A stretch of 64,000 bases of DNA from Mytilus trossulus (taxonomy: Eukaryota). The stretch lies in assembly GCF_036588685.1 (NCBI RefSeq), contig NC_086373.1, positions 51,398,001 to 51,462,000 on the forward strand, written 5' to 3'. Shown one piece after another: positions 40,770 through 52,775 of the stretch. The notes below the pieces were generated by a model. The model was not told the DNA's origin. It searched no databases and saw nothing but the letters and a program-made list of their open reading frames with translations. Positions within the stretch are counted from its first letter, which is position 1. Every line of letters begins with the position of its first letter. Position numbers and translations under genes: made by a program.

Positions 40770-41078
40770 CACTAGTTTTAATTCCCCGATAGTATCACCA
40801 GCCCAGTAGTCAGCACTTCTGTGCTGACATGAATTATCATTGATATGGTCAAATTTATAAATAAACTGTTTACAAAACTTTTCAACCTCAGGAATAGATT
40901 GCCTTTGCTGTATTTGGCAAAACGTTTTGGAAGTTAGGTCCTCAATGCACTTCAACTTCGTACTTTATATCGTCTTTTTAACATGTTTGGATTTCAGCGT
41001 CACTGATGATTCTTTTGTAGACGAAACGCGCGTTTGGCGTAATACAAAATTGAATCATAGTATCTATGATGAGTTTAT
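40770..41078 (+). mobile_element. Retrozyme-like monomer with type I hammerhead (40997-41040)
   Basis: GCGTCA CTGATGA TTCTTTTGTAGAC GAAA CGCGCGTT TGGCGT. G10.1 is changed to U and the cleavage triplet is GUU. Confidence 0.78.
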
Positions 41079-41372
41079 GAGTCGTTAAAATAAGACTAGA
41101 ACTCTATCCACAGGCAAAGAATCGGCCAACTTCTTAAGAATTTATTTCTGTCAAGTGTCAGATCTATATTGGTCATACAGGTGATTACATAAAAAAAAAA
41201 TACAATATATTTTACTTAGCATAGGGTATTCATGATTGGTTCGCCTATCTGTCATACTACCAAGTAACAACAGTTCATTCATAATAGTTAAGGCGGTATC
41301 AGTAATTATATATATACGAAATACCAATATGCATAAACTCATCATAGATACCAGGACTAAATTTTGTATATC

Positions 41373-41415
41373 CGCCAGACGCGCGTTTCGTCTACAAAAG
41401 ACTCATCAGTGACGC
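41373..41415 (-). ncRNA. Type I hammerhead ribozyme, intact core (in retrozyme-like unit 41333-41485)
   Basis: Minus strand reads GCGUCA-CUGAUGA-GUCU(UUUGU)AGAC-GAAA-CGCGCGUC-UGGCG: complete conserved core, stems I and II, minimal palindromic stem III, GUC cleavage site. Confidence 0.85.
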
Positions 41416-41764
41416 TCGAATCCAAAAATATTAAAAAAGCCAAATAAAGTACGAAGTTGAAGAGCATTGAGGACCAAAATTCCTCATGAATTTATTGAAA
41501 AACACCTAAGAAAACAAGTGTAAAATGATCATTTAATTCAGTTACAAGGAAACACAATTTTGATTGTTTACTTTGCCTATTCTTCTACCATTGTTCACAG
41601 TGTCGGTTTTCCATCAAAGTACCATGCAATCTAGAATATTAAAAAGCAGAACGTATGGTTGTATTTTTAAAATTGATCAAATTTATTTTTTAGAATTGCA
41701 ATTTACATTTGCTATTTCAGATTCTCTCGGCAAAACTATCGTCTGACGTTCAGCTGACATCACG

Positions 41765-41960
41765 AAAAGGGGCGAGAGATAAGAGGGACATTCAAAGTAG
41801 AAAAAAAACCTGACAACATCATGGCAAAAAAAAGGAAAAGTCCAACAGACAAACGATAGTACATTACACACAACAAAGTAAACTAAAGTCTTAGCAACAC
41901 GAACCCATCAACAACTTGGGGTGATCTCAAGTAGTCTAGAATGTTAAGCAGATCATGTTC
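41765..41960 (-). mobile_element. Penelope-like 3'-end fragment
   Basis: Reverse complement of the motifs at 40450-40653. Confidence 0.55.
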
Positions 41961-43629
41961 TCTTGTTTGCGAACAAATGAGTTTGGTTTGAGTCATAAAC
42001 GTTCTCCTTTCTAGCCCGGTAATGGTAATCTGTTTCAAACACTTACTGCTGATATGTTTATTGTATTTTTGGTGGGTTTTTCCAAAAGCATTACTTATCT
42101 TTTAACCATTGTTGCTGTATACCATGCTGATCTCCGAAAAAACAATACCATTGCATTATATCATTTACGGTTTTAATGCAGTTATGTATTTATAGGTCGA
42201 TGTTAGGAGTGTTCTAAATTCTGTGGTACGAACAGGACAGGTTTTCAATATGGTTATTTATATACCAAGTGTCTACATTATGGATCTCAGTAAAACGGAA
42301 AAACTGATATTACGATGGAAACCTTAAGGATATTCAAATCGTTTGCACTTTTTAAAAAAAATATTTGAATTCCGAATAGTTTCCTGCGACAAAAGGTTTA
42401 ATTGGTCGAATCGCAGCGATAAAATGTCTTATTCGACGTTTTACATAGAAGCGTAGATTTACCTTTAAGACATAATCGGGAAACGGAATTGAAATAAGCC
42501 ATGCTCAAATAAATTAGCAAATATCTAAAGAAGTCCCTTACACAAGAAATTCTAGATGTCTATGATTACGTAACATTGGAATTCTTCCGTATTTGTTATC
42601 ATCTAAAAGCCGTCAAATGTGTCATGTGATGAATCGGTTTAAGTTAAATATTCCATTTGTCTCACTTTGCACAAAGCTAATGGATATCTAAAGAAAATTT
42701 ATCTTCGTTCTATTATATAATGACACTTTAAAATAAAACTTATGGCCATATTTATCTGACGGCAAAAGAATCGAAGCACTCTTCGAGTAATTTGAATGAC
42801 TAATCAAATGTGTACCTGAGTACATTCAAGACGGTTATATTACAAGAGTTGACCAACTTAGCAAAATCTATCACTAGCTATTGTAGTATGTGTTAATTTA
42901 TTGCAACTGGACGCTCAACCAATTGCAAATAAATCGATAAGACAACTTTGGGAAGATTTGTTATCAAGGACGGACTATCATGGACAAGACAACACAGAAG
43001 ATAGAGTTATTGTATCGAATAAGAACAAGTGATAATCGATGGGAAGTACAAATACAAAAAGTTTTACATACTGATTATGCACCCTACAGACACTGACTGG
43101 AGTTTTCAGCAATCGTAAACACTGATGTAATGATAAAAAATTTCCTGTGTTTCCAAAGAATTTGATGTCCATAAAATGATATTGTAAAAATTGGAAGACA
43201 GAGGACATTATCCTTTCTTCTAACGCTCGACATTAAGTTCTACCATCTTTTATCAAATGTATAGTTTATTCAAATGAAGTTAACTGCGATCGCGTGAACT
43301 CAGGCCTCATCATACACACCAGTTTTGAAAGGTCTATTGATGTTCCTCTTTCTGCCCGTTTTCTCCTGATTATAGATCGTACTGTCTCCTGTTAGAACAA
43401 AGCTGCTATCAATAGGAAGATATGTTAGTAAAACTATTTTCTGTAATTAAGTCTGCTTCCAGTATAAAGCTCTCTCCCAAAAGCTATAGGGCATAGGGTT
43501 GCGTTTTACGACGGTATTTCCAGTAATATTAATTGAATCAATATATAAACTGTTTTCTAAATGCTATTCAAATGATTCTTACTATCTAAAAAGGGAAAAC
43601 AAATTAACACCCTTAGCATATATATGTTA

Positions 43630-43765
43630 TTTGGATCCTCAATGCTCTTCAACTTTGTACCTATTTTTGGCTTTATTATATTTTGATATGAACGTCACTG
43701 ATGGGTCTTATGCAGACAAAACGCGCGTCTGACGTACCAAATCATAATCCTGGTACCTTTAATAA
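43630..43765 (+). mobile_element. Retrozyme-like unit with mutated hammerhead (43692-43735)
   Basis: ACGTCA CTGATGG GTCT TATGC AGAC AAAA CGCGCGTC TGACGT. Stems intact; core A9 is changed to G and G12 to A. Confidence 0.75.
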
Positions 43766-44734
43766 CTTTTTATACTATTGAACAAATAATACCTTATTAA
43801 TGAATATCGATTTTGAAACTACGAGGAAAACATTCGGGCTGCAGATATTAATTTCCTTTAGCTATCATGCTCCAAAGAGAAGAAACTATTTTTTTCATAT
43901 TAAAAGTAAACATGCTAAGAAAGGCTGTCTTCTAATACATTTGAGCAATTATACACTGATATTTTGTTTTACCATGAAACAACCTCTTAAAGCAGGGTAA
44001 GGTCTAGCAGGAAATCATATTAAAATCGAATAATACTAATAGATGTGTATGCCGCAGATTTTAAGATGGGGGAAAAAGTAATAATGAGATAGAAAATATA
44101 TCTACTTCTCCTCCCGATCGCTTCTACCCATAAAATGTTGAGTGACACGAAAGCATGTTGTTTAATCAAATTAAATCGTTTATACTGCAGTAAGTAATTA
44201 TGTAACGTTAACGGTTTATATGTTGTTTGAATGTTTTAACGGGCTAAAGGTTTGTTTTTGAAACTCAAAATGTGACACCCAAATTGTAGTTCCAAAGAAA
44301 TATGCATTCAATGACGAACATGCCTTTAAACGAGCGACCACGTAGAATAAATAGTTTATACTTTTATTAACTAGTAAAATCATACCTGTGTATCTTATAG
44401 ACAATTGTATTTACAATACGTGAACAAAATAAAGCCCAAGCAAATAGAGCTTATTTCGCGATTGTTCACACAATGAAAATTATTAACAAGAAATTTATAC
44501 CCATGATTCCAATTTCTATAGAAAAAGCTCTGTTAAATGAGATGGTGGATTTTATCTTTCATTTGAATAAGGGGGATAGTAGTGTAAAGCGTAGATAAAT
44601 CATAGGTCTTAATGTTGCTGCAAATTTGCAGAGATTGTGATCTAAAATTTAACAGTAGAACTTTAGAATATGTAGACACCACTGGTTAGATATATCTCAT
44701 TACAATATTTTTAAAGGCCATCGTTTGAAAGGTT

Positions 44735-44920
44735 AACTAGCTATAAAACCATGTTTAATACACAGTTTTCTTCATAAGAAAATATCTGTACCACGTCATT
44801 GGAATATGACAGTTGTTATCCATTCGTTTAATTTGTTTGATCTTTTGATTCTGTCTTTTGATAAAGGACTTCCGTTTTGAATTTTCCTCGGAGTTCAGTA
44901 TTTTTGTGATTTTACTTTTT
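44735..44920. repeat. Interspersed repeat family D
   Basis: Matches 38400-38550. Confidence 0.6.
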
Positions 44921-45333
44921 ACTGTAGAAAGAATAGTAGTCAGCACTTAATAAATATGTTTAGTCGAACATCGTGATGATCTAGAGATGTATCGTTCTTT
45001 ATACAGAGTTTTTGGTATCCAGTATAATGACGGTAGATTTTCTTTGTTTTCTTTTTTAATACCAAAAAAGAAAAAAGAAAGACAGATTTGTGATCTTGTA
45101 AAATTTTATCCTTTGTAAATGATGTTAAAGAATATGTAGGATTACGATATATGCATGTGCTGTTTATTCCGACACTTGCTTTAAAGACTATCTGTATTAA
45201 TTAAGCTGACATCTGTGTAATAAGACCATTTATTTTACTGTAGTGAACTTTTATAGATTGAACCTGTATTAATTAAAGGATCACCGGTCTTATATGAGAC
45301 AACTGTTTAGGTCTCCTTTAAGTGGATTTCAAC

Positions 45334-45557
45334 AGTAAAATTGAGAATGGAAATGGGGAATGTATCAAAGAGACAACAACCCGACCATAGCAAAAACAAC
45401 AGCAGAAGGTCACCAACAGGTTTTCAATGTAACGAGAAATTCCCCCACCCGGAGGCGTCCTTCAGCTGGCCCCTAAACAAATATATACTAGTTCAGTGAT
45501 AATGAACGCCTTACCAATTTCCAAATTGTACACAAGAAACTAAAATTAAGTATAATA
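45334..45557. mobile_element. Partial family A SINE-like repeat
   Basis: Near-identical to 27430-27650. Confidence 0.8.
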
Positions 45558-48500
45558 TCTCAAACGGTAAAAATTTCGAATAGAATTATTAACAATGTAA
45601 TTGTCATACTGAATAATCTTTCGTCGGATCTTTTTCCCAATTGCATCTTCATTACTCAATACACGTATTTATACAGCAAAATCATTCGGGCGCGTGGAAG
45701 TTATAAAGTTTTTTTTAATTTTTTTTTACAAAAGTAGGTCGATACCGTTGCAAGAGGACTACTAGATTAATATCTAGTCAGTAAAAGATAATTTGATACT
45801 GATATGATTTATAACAAACCTTTCCAAAATTGTCAGTTTCTAAATTAATAAATGAAACAGATCCTAAGGGTTTAACCCTACCTGGCAAAATAAACCTTTG
45901 GTGGATTATGTTATTAATTTACTTTGTCCTTTCTGGACATATAGCTCTAGTTCTTCAATTGTTTCGGTTCTTGTGAATCCTTGGTTGTATAAAATTCGGT
46001 TAGCGTCCCAGTTGAAGATAAATTCAGAAAAGACGCTTAGAACGTATCAAATTCATTTAGTGTTGCGTTCATATCTAAACTAAAGAAGAGAAACGATTTG
46101 AGGGTTATTCATTTTAGTAAGTCATCATTCTTTATCAAGATAACTATATTTATGAAGGAGTATCTGTCATAATTCTGAGATTATTACAAAGTGGCAATCA
46201 ATCCATCGCGTATAACTGAATATAAATGTCCTTGGAGCATTATATAAAAAATCCGAAATTCTTATTAAGTAAATGAATTTTGTAACATATTAATACTATT
46301 TCAATACTGTTATTAATAAATCTTTGATAAGTATCACGAATTTTTGATTGGTTAATAACTGTTGAATCACTAATATTGTACACAATACTGTTTCATGTAT
46401 TTTGTTGTATCAAATGAATTAGATTTGAAGGCAAACAGTTTTATAGTTATAAAAACATTTTGGCAGTAAATTTTTATACACTAATTTTTCAGCTATATAG
46501 GCTACTGTTTCAATTTGTATAGGTTTTATTTCTTATCAATATTGTAAGAAGAAACAAAAAATGTCCATATTCTTTGTCTAGGATTTATGCAAGGTTTTGA
46601 TTACAGGCAGTCAAGGTCAGCAAAAGTATGGCATGATCAGGGTCAATACTAATATCATTGGCCACAACTATTTTACTTGACCGATGAGGATGAAGTGTAA
46701 GCCAACTATTGACAAGCGTCCAGTTGCGCCCGTATTTTCACAATTGCACTGACGCTAGTTTTGTTTTGTCAGAAAAGTAAAACAAAAATATATACTAGTT
46801 CAGTGACAACGGGTGTCATACTAAACTCCGAAATATATAAAAGTAACTAAAACTTGTCTGTTGTTAGTTTTTTGGTTTGCAATGACGTTGTCAGCATATT
46901 TCGACTTATGAGTTTAATTGTTCCTTTGTTATCTGTCGCCTCTCTTTTATCCTGTCGTCTCAACCAGTTTAGCGCCTTTTGTACTTAATATGATCCTAAA
47001 GTTTTGCTAGTTGATTTTCCTTTCTCAAGTTCGATTTTATTGTCTCCCCAATGCGTAAGCCGCTGAATTAGACTTTTGTGAGGGACTCTTAACTTGATTT
47101 TATTTACATAAACAATGGATGCAGAGATATGTGGATAACATATCCACTAAAACAGGTAATAAAATCGAACACATATAAACTGTCATTACAAGACCGACAA
47201 CATCATCGTAAAATATAGATATTTAGACAACAAAGGTACTTTCTAACAAAAATCGTACATGTATGAGTAGGACAATTATCCGAATGGATTACGTTACAAA
47301 TCGATACAAATAAAATCCGAAAGAAGCCTTTTCAAATTTCTTAGCGGAATCATTTTGTTAAAATTTTCAACAGATATTTTGCAATTTCCTCCGCCGTAGT
47401 TGAAATTAAGTAGATTAAATTCTATTTGAAAGAAAGTAGAAATACTGCAAAACCGGAGAATACTGTGAGAAAATTCGATTACTGAAAGGGTAATTTATCT
47501 CAATTGCAAATTTCCCAGTAATTTCCTTCTTTTATTTATTTGACTGCTCCGTGCGAATGTATGCAATTGCTGCAAATTGGTGAGCCATTAAAAAGATTTG
47601 TGTAAATAAACCGCCAATACAGATAATAAACAATACCAAAATCAGAAGGTGGCTTTAAAAAGGTGAAATTCCGATGTTTAAATTAGCATCCTGCTGTAAA
47701 ATTTACACTAAAGAGAGAACAAATTAAAAAATCAAAGGAATGAATGTGACAAATTGACAAGTGTTCTCAATAAACCTTGATAAAGATTAACAAAATGTAT
47801 TTGTTCATTGATTGTACAATTAGTTTCAATGCTGTAAATTTGAAAGCAAAGCGAAAGACGTAAATAAATAGTTGTTTATCATCTGCGTACTATATATTTT
47901 TTTGTAAACAACTAATTGATTTATTTTTCTGAAGACATAATTTCTAATATTCTGTAACCATAATTTACTTTTATTAACCTTCCAAATTAATCTAGTAATA
48001 GGCCTAGCTCGAAAATAGTTTCAATACATTCAGTACTATTTTTTTGATTTGGCAGTACTACTGTAAGAGATTTTTTGGAATGATTTATTTACAAAATTAA
48101 GAATAAACAAGCAGGTTTTTCTAAACATGTTGCGAAATCCAGTTATACATCTTAACATATCAATAATGATTATTTTTTTTTTTCGAAATGAAGGCTTGAT
48201 ATATATTGCTAGTTTTATATCGGGATATTTCAAAATAGACTCGAAGTGCATGTAAATCAAATACCAATGCAAATAATTGATACGATAAACCGATATCCCG
48301 ACAGTCCAATAGGTCAACACCCAAATTGCCCAACACCCGAATATCTAGACAATAGACTGTATTTCCATAAAATTACAGACAAAATTTGTGTTAAGATGTT
48401 CAAATCAGATAAATCAATTCAGATAAATCAATTCAGATAATACAAATGACTACAAGAAATTAAATCGTAAGAGCCAAGACTGATAATTAAAACAACGTTC

Positions 48501-48694
48501 CCGGGTTTAAGTTGTCATTATTCTTGTAGGCAAGATGTGAAAGATTTGAATTAACGGGTAGCTCTTCACAAGACAGGGTAATACACTTACATCAACCATT
48601 CAACGTTATGAATAAATAGAAATGCAATATTTGCTGTTGAACGTTAAACTGCCACAAAACAATAAACCAATCCAGATTGTTTATAGTAAAAATA

Positions 48695-48915
48695 GACTAT
48701 CGACGGATTTGTAATAATATGAGCAACACGACGGGTGTCACTTGTGGAGTAGAAACTGCTTACACTTTCGGAGAACCTGAGATCACCCCAAGTTTTTGGT
48801 GGGGTTCGTGTTGCCCATTCTTTAGTTTTCTGTGTTATGTATTGTGTATTATTATTTGTCTGTTTGTCTTTTTTCATTTTTAGCCATGGCGTTGTCTGTT
48901 TATTTTCAATTGATG
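48695..48915 (+). mobile_element. Penelope-like 3'-end fragment
   Basis: Matches 39960-39989 joined to 40410-40610. Confidence 0.7.
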
Positions 48916-49111
48916 TGTTTTGCCCCTGTTCTATATCGAACACGTGTTCTTTGTAGCTAAATGTATTTAATACATAACTATTTCGTTTTCCACCATCTAT
49001 TCACTGCCTCGGTTCACTGTTAACCAAAATATATTTTACAGGTGAAAACAAAAGAACAAGGAACAGAAATGTTTAACCAAGATGACCTGCATTTATAAAT
49101 AAGCAGCGTGT

Positions 49112-49302
49112 CGGCTTATCAAATACTACGGAATAATAACTAAATAAGTTTCTTGTTAGCACAATGTATCAGGAAGGATCACTCTATTTTGATAACAAGG
49201 AAGTATTGTGTATCACGACATTTGGTAGTACTAGGTTTATCCAGATTTTCATTACTTTTAACTCTCATTTTACCTAAAACGACCTAAGATTAAACGATTT
49301 AT
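49112..49302 (+). promoter_or_regulatory. Putative promoter / non-coding first exon of TIR-ZF copy A
   Basis: Alignable with 59882-60081. Both end in AT|GTAAGT donors and share GCTTATCA (GATA), CAGGAAG and AGGAAGT (ETS-like) motifs. Confidence 0.6.
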
Positions 49303-49467
49303 GTAAGTATCTCAACATATTTTCTTTTTGTTTAAATATTTTTTGTTAATCATTTACAATATCGGTCGCATTATGAATAGTGATAGAATAATTTATTTTT
49401 CGGTTAGAATTTAATTGTTAATTAACAACACATAGCTATATATGTACGACGTAGATATCTTTAATTT

Positions 49468-49473
<6 letters not shown>

Positions 49474-49501
<28 letters not shown>
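49474..49501. repeat. (GT)14 microsatellite
   Basis: Direct reading. Confidence 0.95.
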
Positions 49502-49504
<3 letters not shown>

Positions 49505-50346
49505 TTGTTAATTTTGTGGTGTTTTATTTTATCTGATTTAGATTCGTAATATGAAAAATTGCATAATCTAGAATCTCGTGTTATTAACACAAATGAACAG
49601 CTCAAATAGAAAATGTATATTGAATATCCAGTTCAATTATTTTCTGTGATTTCGGTTATTAATTTAGAATAAATTTGTTCTGGGAGATTAAAATACACTT
49701 CATGGAGAATACATTAGAGCGCAATGAAATATGGTCACATTTTGTCTATGCACTTTGTATGCTGTCGTTTGATTTTGCAATCTTTTATATACACTTTTTT
49801 CAATGTAGGCACAACGTTAGTATTCACTATAGCTCTACCTGGAACAGTTTGATACAAATAAATTAAGGTATTTAATTAAATAAACACTATTGTTATGCAT
49901 CTGCTCACTGTGCACAATTGGCTTTGCTTTGACTTTTTTGTTACCAAATGAAGGCGTAATGATTTTATTTGATAGCGCTTTAAGAAAACATATACACATG
50001 GCTCTGTTTAGAATATAACTGGAATATAAATTTAACAGAACAGTAATTTACATAATTGCTTGTAAGTTCCTTAAAAAAATCGCAATACAATTTTCAAAAT
50101 GTTTCAAAAATAAAAATTCAAATAATAAAATCAGATTTAGACAATCAATTGAAAACATTGTTTTATTACAAGGACTTTAGATTTTCCAAGAAAAAAACTA
50201 CCAGACTTGTAGATTTGTTAAAAAACCCAAACATTTAGAACATTTTGGGAGTACAAAGTATCTTCCGTGATTGCTTTTTATAGTACACTCATATTTCTGT
50301 ACCTTCCCACCTGTTGACATTTGTATGACAATTTTAGATAAACACC

Positions 50347-50809
50347 ATGAAAAGTAAATGGAAAAACTTTCTTAACCTTCAAGACAAAGAATACCATGTA
50401 TTTGCCAATTATAGTGAAGATGATGGTAACTTGGTAAACGGATTGCTACAGCCCTTCGAGAATAGAAATTGTTTGTTCTACAATCCTGATCGTGATGGGC
50501 TACCAGGTCAACCAATCATGCGCGGTCATATCGAAAAAGGAATGGAACAGTCCAAGATTTCCATGCTTTTTATCACAAAGAATTTTCTGTCTGATGAATT
50601 GTGTATGTTTATGGCCAATCTTTCTATTTGGAAGTACATGAAAACGAAAGGAATTCATCGAGTATTACCAATCATCCTTCAGCCATGTAAAATACCCAGA
50701 TACCTGAAAGTCTTAAACTGTATTCATGTTTGGAAATACGCAACTACTAGATCAAGTAATATGATGTACCAGACGCAAGCTATTACTCGATTAACGAAAG
50801 CCATGCTAG
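50347..50809 (+). CDS. TIR-TRAF-zinc-finger protein A, coding exon 1 (TIR domain)
   Basis: Box1 YHVFANYSEDD, box2 PDRDGLPG, FLSDELC, RVLPIILQPCKIPRYL. Acceptor TTTTAG at 50337, phase-1 donor CTAG|GTAATA. Confidence 0.88.
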
Positions 50810-50850
50810 GTAATATTTCTAATACACTCTGTTTGAAAATATCATAATAT

Positions 50851-51800
50851 TTAGGTCTTTCCACTTTTGTTTTTCTTCTGATTATTTTTTTTCTTCTGCC
50901 GTCTGAGATGCTTTTTTGTCTTACAACATATCGAATGGATTTTTGGCCAATGATGTTGTACAGTAATGGGGGTATCAAAACTCACCCTGTGTGACCGAAC
51001 ACTTATTCTTATAGGAGTTATCTTCCCGTGTCCCCTTTTTCTTGTTATCGCTATATCTCTAAAACCGTAAAATATTTTAACAAACTGTTTTTTCACAAAT
51101 TGTTTGTCTGCTTTTAAGAATGATTGGTTAATTTTGACTGAAGTGATCGTAAGACATCTTATGGGAGTTATTTCCCTTTGAAAATTTAAGATAGGCGATA
51201 TGTTGGATTAATTCGTACGTTATAAGTCGTAGAGGCATAGTCTTTTGATATGAAGTCCTTGGTCCATTTGAAGGGAATTGAGGTCAAGGTCAAAGGTCAA
51301 GGTTATGTTATAAATTTTGAATTTTGCTTGTTATCGTTATTCAAAAGAAACTGTTACAGTAAATGATATGATGTGTTTGCCAAATAACTGTTTACAATAA
51401 GGTGCAACTTCAAGCTATTCAAGTCGAAGAGTTTTGGTTAACCCTTATAGGAGTGTTCTCCCCTGATGTATTTGAAATCAGTATGTCTCCACAATCATAC
51501 AAGTGATTGACCTGGGGTCTTTTGATTTGAGATGACTGACCTTTGACCTCAAAATCGAGGTCCAGGTCAAAGGTCAATTTTTAACGTTTTAGATTTTTAC
51601 CTTTGCTAAAAAATCTTTCTGGTTCATTATTAAACAATTAAGTCTTCTGCATAAACCTATAAATCTAATTTTTTTCATATCAGTTTGATTTACCACATTA
51701 CATCTACACGAAGTGACATTTTCTAACAATTTGTTTTCAATTTCTTTCTTATTATCGAGGTGGAAAGACCTTCAAATGTTCTCTGAAGAATTGGTTTTTA
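50851..51800. mobile_element. Helentron/HINE-like non-autonomous element
   Basis: Subterminal inverted repeats AGGTCTTTCCAC (50853) / GTGGAAAGACCT (51760) followed by a small hairpin; CAAGGTCA motifs. Absent from the paralog B intron. Confidence 0.65.
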
Positions 51801-52033
51801 ATTTTATTTATATTTGTATGCCCTGTCTATCATAGTGAGTGTGCGTTATATTTTCTGGTCGTTATGTCCGTTCATGTATGTCCCTTACCAGGTGAACAGT
51901 CTGATTTAAATAGAAATTATGTGTTTTTTTTTTAAGTAAGGTGGTTTCCATCGGAATTGAAATTACACCAATTTGTAACTTACAGCACATGTACATGATA
52001 ATATGTGATTGGGATTCACAAAAATAATATATG

Positions 52034-52775
52034 ACTAGTGCACACCCGTGATATCGCGGATCCGTGACTGAATTAAAGTATATAACTATGCGCAAGTCTT
52101 ATTTTAGTACAATGTATTAGTATTGTCATCTGATAAAGTCATGCCGATTTTAAGATACACAGTTTTCTCTGCTTTCAAATCTTTCTGTTTGAACCCGGCG
52201 AACTGTCCAGAACTTATCAATTATTGGTAATATTAGATATTTGGAAACGCGACAAAAGGTCCTGGAATGGGGTAGTTTTTAATCAACAGATTTGTCCTAT
52301 ATTAGTTATAAATAAAGTTGAATTCTTTGATTCGCTGACAAATTGAAAACTGTACCTATACGCCTTATTTTTAGTCCAGATTTTAAGTATTCGTATTGTT
52401 AACCTCTTAAAAGGTCTTACTAATAAAAATACTACAATAGTTAACAATTTGACAATTTAGTAGTGTCAACCCTGTGATAATGACCCGTGTATATAGCATA
52501 TTAATCCTGAATATACCGTTTGGTGATGCGCCTGTCAGATGCGGAACGTACAGATAAGGTAAAGGTAACAGGTGAATATACTATTGGTATCGGTATCGGA
52601 CTCGACCCGGAACTTCTTAATTATTGGCAATATTAATTACGTGGATAACAAAAGGACCTGGAGTGATGTAATTTTTAATCTACACCTTTGCACTATATTA
52701 GTTGTATTCTTTGATTCGTCGATTTTACGTGATGACGGCTGATAAATTAGACCTCGTCTTTTTAGTATTATAGAT
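52034..52775. mobile_element. Helentron/DINE-like non-autonomous element
   Basis: ACTAG...CACCCGTGATATCGCGGATCCGTG hairpin at one end and TTTAGTATTATAGAT at the other. Diverged internal repeats of about 140 bp at about 52205 and 52605. Confidence 0.65.
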
